Below, one piece after another: positions 19,854 to 30,036 of a stretch of 64,000 nucleotides of DNA (positions are counted from its first letter, which is position 1; the number at the start of each line of letters is the position of its first letter). The notes under the pieces were generated by a model. That model was not told where the DNA came from. It saw nothing but the letters and a program-made list of their open reading frames with translations, and ran no database searches. The stretch spans positions 143 through 64,142 of the forward strand of contig JACRJQ010000007.1 of assembly GCA_016215405.1 (NCBI GenBank), in the 5' to 3' direction. This DNA is from Candidatus Tayloriibacteriota bacterium (GTDB taxonomy: Bacteria; Patescibacteriota; Minisyncoccia; Phycocordibacterales; UBA6065). A program made the translations under genes and the position numbers.

Positions 19854-22800
19854 CTAGACCTTGCCTTCGAGGCGCGCGATCTTCCTATAGAGAGAGACGA
19901 GGAGGCCGAGGCACAAAGCGATGATGACGAGGAGGTTTATCGCATCGAGAGAGAGGAGCCATGAAAGGCCCAGACCGGTCTTGTCCGTGAACCATGAAGG
20001 GCTCAGGATAAAGGACACCGTATTAAGGACATTAAGGACAGTCCCCACCGCAAGGACAGACGCCCCCCTGATCAAGTATAGGTAGAGTTCCTTGGAATCT
20101 ATGTCCTTTTTAAACGCTCCGGCCATTATATAGCCCCCTCCTATGAATATGAGGATCAGTATCAGGAATTGATACCATGGTATGTCCTTTAGAGCATCCC
20201 GTAACCGTTGCGATAAAGAGCCAAATACGCCCGCTATATTCGAAAGATCTGGCGGGGTCGTCGTAGCTTGGCCTATCACACCCTCGAAATCCTCAGGATT
20301 CGTGGTCGTTGGATAAAGGACAGAGTTATCAAGTATGTCCTTTATATCCGCATCTCCCCTGTAATCAGGGTTATTGCTGCAGAACACCCTGTTTATATAA
20401 CGGGTTGTGGTCAGGTAGACGATGCCAGTAGGCTCGGTTACCCCCCAAGGAGCGAGTATCTCCCCTGCATATTTTGCCTGGAGCGCTTTTACGGCGCTCT
20501 CTGTGGCCGTGTCGAACACGCCGTCTACGGGCAGGTTCGCGCCTTCGTACGTATTGAGGAAATACTTAAGCTTCCTGACTTCGTTAGGATTATTGTCCCT
20601 TCCTATACGGAGGAAGGTCTGTATGAAATTGTCTCGAGGGCAGACCTGCTCCGGTCCAGTAGGGCCCGCGCTTGCAGTCGATCCGCCTTGATTGGTCGCT
20701 CCGTCGAGGATTATCCAGATATCGTTAGGGATAGTGGTAGTAGCGGCGCCTCCCGTCGTAGTCGATGGGCAATTGAAGCCGAAGCATGGCCCACCTCCTC
20801 CTCCGCCTCCACCCCCGCCGCTCCCGCCGCCGGTGTTTCCGGTCTGCGGAGCGACCTCGTTATCTGTATTGGTCAGAGATACCGTCTGGCCCGAAACGCC
20901 GTTCCAATTGATATCAGATGAAGTCGATGTGCCGATGACGACGGAATAGGCGACGTTGCCGTCGGCGATGGCGTCGTCGACTCCAGTGACGACGACGGTT
21001 TGGGGGACGTTCCAGTTAGACGGCGAGAAAACCAAGCTCGTTGTAAGCCCGATGGTGCCCTCCGTGGTATCCGAGCTCGCGACCGGGAACGTCACGTGAG
21101 CTATCGGAGCGGCGTTAAGGACCACCGTAAAGGCGGCCGTAGCGCCGGCCTCGCTCGTGGTAAGGCCAGAGGTCGGGGTCACGGTAAAGGTCCCCGTAGG
21201 GGTCGATGTGCCAGTACCGCCTCCTGTGGAGGTTAAAGTAACCGTCCTGTCTTCCGTATCGATAAGCCCGTTCTGATCTTCCACCTCGAAGCGCAGCGTA
21301 TAGGTTCCGGCGCCGCCAAAGAAAGAAAGAGGGTTCTGAGCGGTAGAGACCGCGGCATCGCTGAAGGATACGGCATCGGAGCTCGTCGCGGCGATCCATG
21401 CCCCTCCCTGTGAGCCTACGACGTAGGCGCGGTAGCGGACGATCGGCGCGGTGCCTCTCATGGCGCTTCCGGACATAGATATAGTCCCTCCCTGAGCGAG
21501 AGAGATCGGCGCGACGTTAAACGCGGTTATGACCGGAGGATTATTCTGCGTCCCGCCGCCTGGGGGAAGCACTGTGAACGGGCGGTCAGAAGCGACGGTG
21601 AGACCATTCACGTCCTCGACTTCGAATCGGAGGGTATAAGAGCCTGCGCCGTTGTAGAAGCTATTGGCGTTCTGAGCGGTGGATATAGAAGGGTTATTGA
21701 AAGAGACGCTGTTCGGGTCTGTAGCAGCGGTCCAGACTCCGCCCTGCGATCCGACCACGAAAGCCCTGTAGCGTGCGATATCAGCGCTTCCTTTTACAGC
21801 GCTACCGGACCAGGAAAAGGTCTGGCCGATGGTAGTCGACGTCGCAGATACGGTGTGCGCCGTTATAGTAGGGCCGCTCACCACCGGCGCGGTTATGACG
21901 AACGTTCTGTCTTCGCGAGCGACGAGACCGTTCGCATCCTCCACCTCGAACCTGAGGGTATAAGAGCCGACGCCGTTATAGAAGCTATTGGCGTTCTGAG
22001 CGGTGGATATAGAAGGGTTATTGAAAGAGATCGAATTAGGATTCTCTGCAGTGGTCCAAACGCCGCCTTGAGACCCTACGACGTAGGCGCGGTATCGAGC
22101 GATATTCGCGCTCCCCTTTACGGCCGTGCCCGACCAGGAAAAGGTCTGGCCTTGGGCGATCGAGGTGGTCGATACCGTAAAAGAAGTGATCGTAGCGGGC
22201 GCATTCGTACCGACAGGAGCGACCGTCACCGTGACCCACTGCGCAGGAGCGACGTAGACGTAGCTTTGACCGCCGTTATTCGAAGCATATGCGCGCACAT
22301 AGTACGCGCCGGCATTCGGGAACGGGACGTTCACAGACAGGTCGTCCGTACCGCTATTCGACGGAGGGTTATTCGCGCCGACGTTCACCCAATTGCCAAA
22401 GCTCGTATCGGCTGGACAATTTCCGGCGGTAGAGCAGACCTCGAGACCATGATGCGTGAGACCCTGGCCTGTCGCCCTAGAAGAGATGGGTATCGAACCG
22501 CCCGCGGTGACTGAGACGGAGGCCGCAGATACATTAACCGAAGGCGCCGGCGTAACGACGACCGGAGGTGCGCAATTTACGACATGCTGCGTAGCCGTGC
22601 TTCCGCTATTGCCGAGCAGACCGTTGTTTGAATGCGGGTCCGCAGGATTGGAATTCATCCCGTAAACGTAGATCGTATGGGATACGCCGTCTTTGAGGGA
22701 ATCAGGCGTCGCTATGCTGAAACCGTGGTTTCCCGAGACACCCTCGGATTGATTGACGTCCGGACGCTCTATGTTCGCTTGAGCGTCGGTGACGAAAACG

Positions 22801-23486
22801 CCCTGCCCTGCAGGCCCATCTTTGTAGATATGGACGCCGATCGACTGATCAGGAGTGTCTTTATCGATCGACCATCCGTTTATGACGCTGCAGCTCGCGC
22901 TGTCCAAGAAACCTATCGGAGTCTGGTCTATCGCGGTACAGACGCCTCCGGAAGCCGAATACCCCTCAGGCACCGTCTCTTGGTTTCCATCTATGTTCGA
23001 ACAGACGTCGACAGGCGTAGGGGTCTTGTGACAGGTTATCTTGGTCCAATATTCGTCGTTTCCTCCCCAAGCGCCATAAGTCGTCCACTGACCATTCACA
23101 TAGTCACGCTGGTAGTTATCATGCGGAGAATCCCACTCGGCCTTGCTCCACGCGATAGGGCTACATACGACATCCTCGTAGCCCTGCTCACGGCAGATCT
23201 GGCCCGAAGTCTCGCAGATGGAGCGAACCCCTATGCCGTAGCCTGGGTCGAGCACGCTCCCCGGAGTCTTGTAGAAAACGCCACATTCCCTGCCCGCAGG
23301 GCATCCGGGGATCGATTGCGGGCCTGATGGGATCCCGCCGTCATATTCAGAATCCAATCCGTTCGGCTCCATCGCATAGGCCATATCTGAAGCCATCGGA
23401 AAGAAAGGTCCGAAGACGATAACAAAAAGAAGCGCCATGGATAGCGCTTTCCTGAGAGCATCTCGGTTGAGCCTAAGTGCGGTCAT
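19854..23486 (-). CDS. giant secreted or anchored surface protein
   Basis: The 1210-aa product has a signal peptide and three ~110-aa tandem repeats (YRAYVVGSQGGVW…RFEVED…). It also has a Calx-beta-like segment, a Gly13 tract, a PG_binding_1-like domain and 3 C-terminal TM helices. Confidence 0.85.
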   Translation of the reverse strand: MTALRLNRDALRKALSMALLFVIVFGPFFPMASDMAYAMEPNGLDSEYDGGIPSGPQSIPGCPAGRECGVFYKTPGSVLDPGYGIGVRSICETSGQICREQGYEDVVCSPIAWSKAEWDSPHDNYQRDYVNGQWTTYGAWGGNDEYWTKITCHKTPTPVDVCSNIDGNQETVPEGYSASGGVCTAIDQTPIGFLDSASCSVINGWSIDKDTPDQSIGVHIYKDGPAGQGVFVTDAQANIERPDVNQSEGVSGNHGFSIATPDSLKDGVSHTIYVYGMNSNPADPHSNNGLLGNSGSTATQHVVNCAPPVVVTPAPSVNVSAASVSVTAGGSIPISSRATGQGLTHHGLEVCSTAGNCPADTSFGNWVNVGANNPPSNSGTDDLSVNVPFPNAGAYYVRAYASNNGGQSYVYVAPAQWVTVTVAPVGTNAPATITSFTVSTTSIAQGQTFSWSGTAVKGSANIARYRAYVVGSQGGVWTTAENPNSISFNNPSISTAQNANSFYNGVGSYTLRFEVEDANGLVAREDRTFVITAPVVSGPTITAHTVSATSTTIGQTFSWSGSAVKGSADIARYRAFVVGSQGGVWTAATDPNSVSFNNPSISTAQNANSFYNGAGSYTLRFEVEDVNGLTVASDRPFTVLPPGGGTQNNPPVITAFNVAPISLAQGGTISMSGSAMRGTAPIVRYRAYVVGSQGGAWIAATSSDAVSFSDAAVSTAQNPLSFFGGAGTYTLRFEVEDQNGLIDTEDRTVTLTSTGGGTGTSTPTGTFTVTPTSGLTTSEAGATAAFTVVLNAAPIAHVTFPVASSDTTEGTIGLTTSLVFSPSNWNVPQTVVVTGVDDAIADGNVAYSVVIGTSTSSDINWNGVSGQTVSLTNTDNEVAPQTGNTGGGSGGGGGGGGGGPCFGFNCPSTTTGGAATTTIPNDIWIILDGATNQGGSTASAGPTGPEQVCPRDNFIQTFLRIGRDNNPNEVRKLKYFLNTYEGANLPVDGVFDTATESAVKALQAKYAGEILAPWGVTEPTGIVYLTTTRYINRVFCSNNPDYRGDADIKDILDNSVLYPTTTNPEDFEGVIGQATTTPPDLSNIAGVFGSLSQRLRDALKDIPWYQFLILILIFIGGGYIMAGAFKKDIDSKELYLYLIRGASVLAVGTVLNVLNTVSFILSPSWFTDKTGLGLSWLLSLDAINLLVIIALCLGLLVSLYRKIARLEGKV

Positions 23487-23744
23487 TTCAATAGGTTATG
23501 TATGTACCTTAGGTGAATACGCCCCGAAGTCAATGAAAAGTTCTCTAAAAGACGCATTGATATAGCCCTATTTTCGCTATAAAGGACATCTAAAGGACAT
23601 GACTGTCCTATTTGACTACTCATGTCCTAAATGGCATACATATAAAATATAAGGAACTGACTTTTAAAAGGACAGAAGGATCTGTGCATCCTTCTGATTA
23701 TCTCGGAGCAAGTAATAGGGGCTCCAAAATATACAACATTAAAT

Positions 23745-24122
23745 GTGCTATATGTCAATAGATACCCCGCCCTCGCGTCCTTTATGCGCGAAAAGCTTTT
23801 CCCCATTGACCAAAAACAGGCCTGCCTACAGAATACAGGTCTTCGACAGTTCTTCACCCAAACCCCATACGCCGACATCATGATCCGTAAAGAAAGCCTC
23901 CCTGCCTACGTCCAACTCACCGAGAACCACACGAGCGTCAAAGGAAAGGTCACCGGCATCCGCTACCACGAGCTCGACTGCTTCGTGGTCACCGGATTCG
24001 TAGTGATCGACGAGACGGATTTCGTATCCGTCGTCGACTCCGCCGGAAACGAGACTTGCCTGCCGGCGGTCATCGTCGAGAAAGCGGAGGTATGTCCCTG
24101 GAGACTCGCACTCGCCGTCTGA
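23745..24122 (+). CDS. hypothetical protein (weak)
   Basis: It is an ORF divergent from the giant gene. The start is uncertain. Confidence 0.25.
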   Translation: MLYVNRYPALASFMREKLFPIDQKQACLQNTGLRQFFTQTPYADIMIRKESLPAYVQLTENHTSVKGKVTGIRYHELDCFVVTGFVVIDETDFVSVVDSAGNETCLPAVIVEKAEVCPWRLALAV

Positions 24123-24183
24123 GAAGACGAAAACCGCCCAAGGCGCGCACGCGCGCCTTGGGCTTTTGTTTTCCAGAAGGCTC

Positions 24184-25560
24184 CTACTCCCTTGGATCGA
24201 ATATGGATCTATCGGGCTTCTTCCCGGCGAGGATATCCGATATCCTCTTCGCGCCGTAGATCGACGGCAATATGCCCACGCCGTTGCAGCCGAGGTTATA
24301 GACGAGAGACCTGTTCTTCGGCTCCTCACCCACCACCCGAACGCCTGAGGGCGTATATCCCATAAGGCCGTGCCACGTGAACTGATAGTCGATCTCTTTG
24401 TTCGGAGCCGTATCGTAGGTCGACCTCACGAACGCGTTGATCTTGTCCTTTTCCGCGTCGGGATATTCCAGATCGCCGTCATACGCGTCCCTGTCGCTAA
24501 GCGAGAGCTCTGGACCGCCGACGCTTATAAGATTCATGTGGTCGTTGCCCATGAAATCGAACGGCCTGCGGGTGAGATAGAAATACGGATCCTCAGCGAA
24601 AGGGTCGCCTGCGTTGAAATTCCCTGGCGGAAAATAGCTTATAGCCGCAGGAGGCTTGTTCATCGGCTCGAGGTAGGCCGACATGTAGCCTACCATTCCC
24701 CGTACGTAGTGATGGAATTTCGCGTCTACGGCGAGCCCTCCTTCGTTTATGATCGTGAACCCTTCGAATCCGTTGGTGCAAAGCACGACCTTCTTTGCGG
24801 AGATGGTGGCCTTGCCCGCATCGAGGATCGCCCCGCCCTTATGAAGGGCTATCTTGGATATAGGGGTATGCTCGTAGAGCGAGAACCGGTCCGGATACGC
24901 CTTGCGCAGGTATTGGAATATCTCTTGGCAGAAGAGAGCCGAGTTCAGGCATCCTTTCTGAAAAGAGAGCGACGCCACATAGGCCCTGTTATCGGTCTGC
25001 AAGAGATCGAGGACCTCGCTTTGAGGGACCAGCGTATAGAAGCCTTCGTATTCTTTAGGGATGCTTCCGGCGAACGGAGCCGAATCCGCTATACGAAACT
25101 CCTCGATCCGAAGCCCTGCCTTTTTGCGATAGACGTTGTCCTTTAGATGACGAACTATCTGGTCGTATGTCGTGAATCCTGCCTGCCCCATGAATCTGGC
25201 CAGCGGGATCGTGAGCCCTGCTTCGGTGAACATGAGGTCGATGAGCTGCCAGGCGCTCTCCACGTCCCTCTGCGCAGCTCCCGCGAGCTCGATACCGAAT
25301 TCTTCGCAAAGCTCTGAAAAAGGCCTTTCGAAATAGCTCGCTATCTGGCCCGCATTGTGCCCCGTCGCGCCATGTGCAAGCTTTCCCTTCTCCGCCACGA
25401 TGACGGCCTTGTCGGTATTCCTCAGGATAAAAAAGGCTGTCGATATGCCGGCGATGCCTGCACCGACGACGACGACGTCGGACGACGCGTCCTCCTTCAA
25501 AGCGACATGCTCGCGATCATGGTTAAGCTGGTGGATCCAAGGCGATCGGTTCTTCTTCAT
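24184..25560 (-). CDS. FAD-dependent oxidoreductase (DAO family)
   Basis: It has the N-terminal dinucleotide-binding motif VVVVGAGIAGIS. Confidence 0.85.
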   Translation of the reverse strand: MKKNRSPWIHQLNHDREHVALKEDASSDVVVVGAGIAGISTAFFILRNTDKAVIVAEKGKLAHGATGHNAGQIASYFERPFSELCEEFGIELAGAAQRDVESAWQLIDLMFTEAGLTIPLARFMGQAGFTTYDQIVRHLKDNVYRKKAGLRIEEFRIADSAPFAGSIPKEYEGFYTLVPQSEVLDLLQTDNRAYVASLSFQKGCLNSALFCQEIFQYLRKAYPDRFSLYEHTPISKIALHKGGAILDAGKATISAKKVVLCTNGFEGFTIINEGGLAVDAKFHHYVRGMVGYMSAYLEPMNKPPAAISYFPPGNFNAGDPFAEDPYFYLTRRPFDFMGNDHMNLISVGGPELSLSDRDAYDGDLEYPDAEKDKINAFVRSTYDTAPNKEIDYQFTWHGLMGYTPSGVRVVGEEPKNRSLVYNLGCNGVGILPSIYGAKRISDILAGKKPDRSIFDPRE

Positions 25561-25610
25561 TTTCCCAGTATACCAAAAGGCCCCCGAAGGGGCCTACAGC
25601 CATCGAGCGG

Positions 25611-26201
25611 CTATTCTATGGAGACCGTCTCCATCACCTCGTTGAAATCCTTAAGTATCCGATCGGAGGGGTCGAGACGCGTGACGGAGAACATATATAT
25701 GTAGCGAGGAGAGGCGACGACGAACGACCTGCCTTCGTAGAGGCCCGACCACGAATACTCGAGGCCCTCGAGGCTGCCCCGAGTGGTCGTCGCTACGACC
25801 CCATCGCCGAGCTTATAATTCGAATTGTTCGAGCCCGTGATAAAGCCTCTCGCCGTATCTTGGTCGAGGTCGTTCTGGAATACGTCTATCGTTATCGAGG
25901 TCGGCCCTTCGGTCGGAGGCACCTCGCCGGAGCGCAGCCTCCTGTTCCATTCCGTATCCTCGGTAAGGACTATCTGATAATGGAGCCTCTCTGCCGCGGA
26001 TACCTCCCTCTCTTCGAGATAATATCCCTTAGGATACTCGAAGGAGAGGCCGAAGCGGCCGGAAGAGTAGCTTTCTGCCTCGCCTCCCGTCTGCCCCACC
26101 GAGGAAGGCTCCGCCGATAAGGGGCCGTCCCCTCTAGTAAGCGCGTATGATGCCCATCCGAGCGCCAGAAGCGCGACGATCGCTATGATTATTCTTTTCA
26201 T
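25611..26201 (-). CDS. secreted hypothetical protein
   Basis: It has a signal anchor and host codon usage. Confidence 0.5.
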   Translation of the reverse strand: MKRIIIAIVALLALGWASYALTRGDGPLSAEPSSVGQTGGEAESYSSGRFGLSFEYPKGYYLEEREVSAAERLHYQIVLTEDTEWNRRLRSGEVPPTEGPTSITIDVFQNDLDQDTARGFITGSNNSNYKLGDGVVATTTRGSLEGLEYSWSGLYEGRSFVVASPRYIYMFSVTRLDPSDRILKDFNEVMETVSIE

Positions 26202-26206
26202 ATCGT

Positions 26207-26839
26207 TTAATATCGTATCACAAGACTTCTCGCTACATCCTCCGCCGCGCGCGACAAGATGCTCCGGTCGAATTCGCGGATAGACCCTTTCGGATAATTC
26301 GCTACGTTAGTGAGGTGCGCGAGCTTCCTCACCGCGACGCACCTCTCGCCCGCATCCCTCACGTAGACGGCGTCTTCGTAGACATTGCCCGCGCCGGCGG
26401 TCGCCGATTCGGCGTAAAGGTAGGCGACGCCTCCGAGGACTATCCTTCGGCCCGGATCGTCGGTAAGAATGAAACGGGAGGGCGTGCAGTCGTTCCCTGG
26501 AAGCGATTCGACCGAAACGAACGAATCAGGGGAAAGGTTCGTCCCGGAATAGAGCGTCCGAGGCACGATGAACGCCACTCCAGGTATTCGGACGTCCGGC
26601 CCGAAGCTCTGGTTCACGTAGGATTCTTCGACCCTAAAGCCTACGGGAGGCGCCGCGGAAAAGCCGTGCTCTCTGCTCGAATATCGCAAAGGGTCCTCCC
26701 CTCCTTCTATGCCCGCGATCGCCCCCGCGAGGTTATCGAGCTCGTCGTACTTTTCAGGATGAGGTATGAAGATGAGCCACGTGAGAGTCACCGCTACGAG
26801 CACTACGACGACAGCCGTCACGAAATATCTGGTTTCCAT
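26207..26839 (-). CDS. membrane-anchored hypothetical protein
   Basis: It has an N-terminal TM helix and lies in tandem with the previous gene. Confidence 0.5.
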   Translation of the reverse strand: METRYFVTAVVVVLVAVTLTWLIFIPHPEKYDELDNLAGAIAGIEGGEDPLRYSSREHGFSAAPPVGFRVEESYVNQSFGPDVRIPGVAFIVPRTLYSGTNLSPDSFVSVESLPGNDCTPSRFILTDDPGRRIVLGGVAYLYAESATAGAGNVYEDAVYVRDAGERCVAVRKLAHLTNVANYPKGSIREFDRSILSRAAEDVARSLVIRY

Positions 26840-26935
26840 ATGGTTTCGCGTTCGCTCATACTACGAACAACGAGAGCCGTTTGTTTAGGCGCAGGCGGGA
26901 TTTCCGAGGGCTCTTATGATAGCCTTTCTCTATCT

Positions 26936-28234
26936 ATGAAAGTCCCCAAGAAAGCGAGGTATGACGTAGCTGTCATCGGAGGCGGGCCGGCCGGCATGAT
27001 GGCGGCCGGGCGGGCCGCCGAGCTCGGCGCGTCGGTCGTCCTCGTCGAGAAGAACGAAGGTCTCGGAAAAAAGCTCCTCATCACCGGCGGAGGACGCTGC
27101 AACGTCACGAACGACAAGCCTGATCCCAGGGAGTTTTTGGAAAAGCTCGGAAAAAAGGGCAAATTCCTCTTTTCTACGTTCGCTCAGCATTCGGTAAAGG
27201 ATTCTCTCGATTTCTTTAACTCGCGCGGCATGGGAACCAAGGTCGAGAACGAGGGCCGCGTCTTCCCCGTCACCGATTCCGCCCGCACCGTCTACGACCT
27301 CCTCGTCCGCTATATGAAAGAAGGCGGGGTCGAGGTCGTGACAGGCCTCGCTGCGAAAGGCTTTCACGCCCGCGATGGCGTCATCGTCGGGCTCAACACG
27401 GAAAAAGACACCGTGGTCGCGGATTCATACATACTAGCTACGGGCGGCACGTCGGCGCCCGAGACCGGCTCGACCGGCGAGGCCTTCAAATGGCTCGCGA
27501 GGATAGGACATAACGTGACCGAACCGGACGCGGCCCTCGTACCTGTAAAGATCGCGGAAAAATGGGTCCGCGACCTCTCCGGCGTATCGCACCAGCACGT
27601 AAAGCTCGCTCTCGTCATAAACGGAAAGCGAGACACGTCGAGGATAGGCAGGATGGTGTTCGCCCATTTCGGACTGAGCGGCCCCTTGGTCCTTAACTTC
27701 TCCAAAGAGATCCGTGAGGCTATGCAATACGCGCAGACAGGCGACAAGATAGAGCTCGCCCTCGATATCATGCCGGACCTCGACTCCGCCGCGCTCGACA
27801 AGAGAGTCCAAGAGGCTTTCGCTACCGCCTCGAACAAGAAGCTCAAGAATTCCCTCAAGGGAGTGGTCGTGCCAGCTCTCGTAGCGACCGTGCTCTCCCT
27901 CGCCAAGCTCGACGGAGAGAAAGAGGCGAACGCGGTCACGCGCGAAGAGAGGCTCGCTCTAGTAAAGACCCTCAAAGACATGAGGATGACGCCTACGGGA
28001 TTCCTCGGAAAGGAGAAAGCCATCGTCGCTTCGGGCGGAGTAAAGCTCGAAGAGGTGGACTTCCGCACCATGGCGTCGCGGCTCTTCCCCAACCTCTACC
28101 TCATAGGCGACGTCCTCGACGTAGAGCGCCCTTCTGGAGGCTACAGCCTACAGCTCTGCTGGACGACAGGCTGGGTCGCGGGAAAAAGCGCGGCGAAAAG
28201 GTCTAAAGAGAATCCTTCTTCTCGGCAGGCTTAA
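26936..28234 (+). CDS. NAD(P)/FAD-dependent oxidoreductase, HI0933 (BaiN-like) family
   Basis: The true start is MKVPKKARYDVAVIGGGPAGMMAA… The upstream 207 codons of the track ORF are antisense to the neighbouring gene. Confidence 0.85.
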   Translation: MKVPKKARYDVAVIGGGPAGMMAAGRAAELGASVVLVEKNEGLGKKLLITGGGRCNVTNDKPDPREFLEKLGKKGKFLFSTFAQHSVKDSLDFFNSRGMGTKVENEGRVFPVTDSARTVYDLLVRYMKEGGVEVVTGLAAKGFHARDGVIVGLNTEKDTVVADSYILATGGTSAPETGSTGEAFKWLARIGHNVTEPDAALVPVKIAEKWVRDLSGVSHQHVKLALVINGKRDTSRIGRMVFAHFGLSGPLVLNFSKEIREAMQYAQTGDKIELALDIMPDLDSAALDKRVQEAFATASNKKLKNSLKGVVVPALVATVLSLAKLDGEKEANAVTREERLALVKTLKDMRMTPTGFLGKEKAIVASGGVKLEEVDFRTMASRLFPNLYLIGDVLDVERPSGGYSLQLCWTTGWVAGKSAAKRSKENPSSRQA

Positions 28235-28673
28235 GATAGAGCTTTAGAGCCTCCTTCGGAAATCCCTCGCTCAGAAAACGGCCGAGCGCCTCTTTCGCCT
28301 CCTGTGGGTGGATAGGAAGGCTCTGCCAAGAATCTATCGGTACCCACAAAGGCTCGTAGAATTCTCCCGATAGAGGGTCCCTCATCTTTTTTGCTTCGTT
28401 GGTATCGTCTCCGAGCCGCGGAGTCCCGCTCACGTATTCGCATACATAGCATATGTGGCTCTTCCCTTCTTCCCAGTAAAGCTCGAGGACGGGACGCAGC
28501 GCGACGACCCGTATCGAAGACTCTTCAAAGACCTCTCTTACGCACGCCTCCGAAGCGCTCTCCCCTGCCTCGATGCGGCCTCCGGGAAGAACGTAGTATT
28601 CCCTCTCGTTTTTCCTGTGGATGAGAAGTATATTTCCATCCTTGACCACGATCCCTGCTGAACGCATTCTCAT
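28203..28673 (-). CDS. NUDIX hydrolase
   Basis: It has the Nudix box GGRIEAGESASEACVREVFEESS. Confidence 0.8.
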   Translation of the reverse strand: MRMRSAGIVVKDGNILLIHRKNEREYYVLPGGRIEAGESASEACVREVFEESSIRVVALRPVLELYWEEGKSHICYVCEYVSGTPRLGDDTNEAKKMRDPLSGEFYEPLWVPIDSWQSLPIHPQEAKEALGRFLSEGFPKEALKLYLKPAEKKDSL

Positions 28674-28685
28674 AGCTCGACTATA

Positions 28686-29192
28686 TCAGAGTTTCCTCGA
28701 ATCATACGCCCAATGAAGGAGCGCCTGCCTCTGCCTCGCGCGGCAAAAGACGTCGCCCCTCCTGCAATTCTTTACTATCTGGGCGATATGGCGGCTCATC
28801 GCCTTCCATCTCTTTATCTGCCTCATATCCTCGCGAGGGATCCTCCTGCCCATATAATAGCGGCAATACCATTGGAACCACCCCCTCGGATCGTCCTCGT
28901 ATATCCAGCCCTTGCGTATCCATTCTCCTAAAGGCTGCGAAGCGTCGACGCCGAAGAGATTGAGCTTCGGATCCTTCTTTCCGGAAGCGAGCTTCGCCCC
29001 CTCGAACCACTCCTTCGGGAATTCATCCCTGCAATCGCCAAGATATTTCCCGCCGAAGACCCCGAGCGAGAGCATCTCTCGAGGGGTCAGGTCGGGTCGG
29101 AATTCCGGATCGAAATTCTCACCCATAGGCTCTACGAGCTCGTACTCGTAGCCCTTCTGCATGCTGTCATGTACGGATACCGAACGCCTCAT
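28686..29192 (-). CDS. conserved hypothetical protein
   Basis: The likely start is MRRSVSV…, abutting the TspO stop. It has a …GWFQWYCRYYMGRR… sequence. Confidence 0.45.
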   Translation of the reverse strand: MRRSVSVHDSMQKGYEYELVEPMGENFDPEFRPDLTPREMLSLGVFGGKYLGDCRDEFPKEWFEGAKLASGKKDPKLNLFGVDASQPLGEWIRKGWIYEDDPRGWFQWYCRYYMGRRIPREDMRQIKRWKAMSRHIAQIVKNCRRGDVFCRARQRQALLHWAYDSRKL

Positions 29193-29194
29193 CT

Positions 29195-29590
29195 TTAAGG
29201 ATTGAGGGAAGAGACGGTAAGCTGCAAGAACGTAGCGAATACGACCCATACGAGATACGGGAGATTCGCGAAAGCGACCCAGCGCGCGGTCTTCCATACC
29301 GAAAATATCGCCCAGACGAGAGTGCCGAGCACCAAGAGTATATCGACCGAGGCCAGAGTCAGATTCTTGAGTCCGAACTGGATAGGAGTGAAGGTGAGGT
29401 TAAAGGCGAGGTTAAGGAGGAACGGCAAGAGCACGGAGAAAGGGGCTCTCTTTTTTATGAAAAGGTACGCCACGTAGCCGAACGAGACGGCGATAAGGAC
29501 GTAGAGGATCGACCAGACCGGACCGAATACCTCGGCGGGCGGAGCCCAGGCGGGCTTTACGAGCTCCGCATATGAAGAATAGTTGTTCAT
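29195..29590 (-). CDS. TspO/MBR family protein
   Basis: It has a …KPAWAPPAEVFGPVWSILY… tryptophan-rich sensory protein sequence and several TM helices. Confidence 0.65.
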   Translation of the reverse strand: MNNYSSYAELVKPAWAPPAEVFGPVWSILYVLIAVSFGYVAYLFIKKRAPFSVLLPFLLNLAFNLTFTPIQFGLKNLTLASVDILLVLGTLVWAIFSVWKTARWVAFANLPYLVWVVFATFLQLTVSSLNP

Positions 29591-29642
29591 GGCTGATTTT
29601 TTATCGGCTGCTTATCCGATTATATCCCCTTTTCGAAACAGG

Positions 29643-30035
29643 CTATCCCCCGAACTCCTCTTCTTCGCGCCGCTCGACGTCCTCTTCGGTAAGGCCGAAA
29701 TGATGGGCGATCTCGTGCCAAAGAGTCTCGAAGACGACCTCCGATGCGGGCTTTCCGGAGACATCCGCCTCGTCGAGGATCGGAAGCCTGTAGAGGACTA
29801 TGGTGTCAGGAAGCTCGAAGCCCGCGCCGACCGTCCTTTCGGTCTGAGGCACGCCGCGATAGAGGCCGAGGAGGTCCATATGCGAATCGAGGCCCATCTC
29901 CTCGACCGTCTCGGTGTCGACGAGGTCCTCCACCGTTATGGCGACGTTCTTCATCTTCGCCTTTATCCACTGCGGGAGCCTCTCGTAGGCGAAGGCGACC
30001 ATCTGCTCGAATTCTTTCCTCTCTTTCTCTTCCAT
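29643..30035 (-). CDS. zincin-like metallopeptidase family protein
   Basis: It has a HEIAHH (HExxH) motif and is a small cytosolic protein. Confidence 0.65.
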   Translation of the reverse strand: MEEKERKEFEQMVAFAYERLPQWIKAKMKNVAITVEDLVDTETVEEMGLDSHMDLLGLYRGVPQTERTVGAGFELPDTIVLYRLPILDEADVSGKPASEVVFETLWHEIAHHFGLTEEDVERREEEEFGG

Positions 30036-30036
30036 C

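Noticed and set aside
21855-23327. Plus-strand ORFs (219 and 231 aa) within the giant surface protein gene
   Set aside because: They are antisense to a 1210-aa ORF with clear repeat and domain structure.
26315-26935. Upstream 207 codons of the 639-aa ORF leading into the HI0933-family gene
   Set aside because: They overlap the minus-strand membrane protein gene. The dinucleotide-binding motif sits right after the internal Met at 26936.
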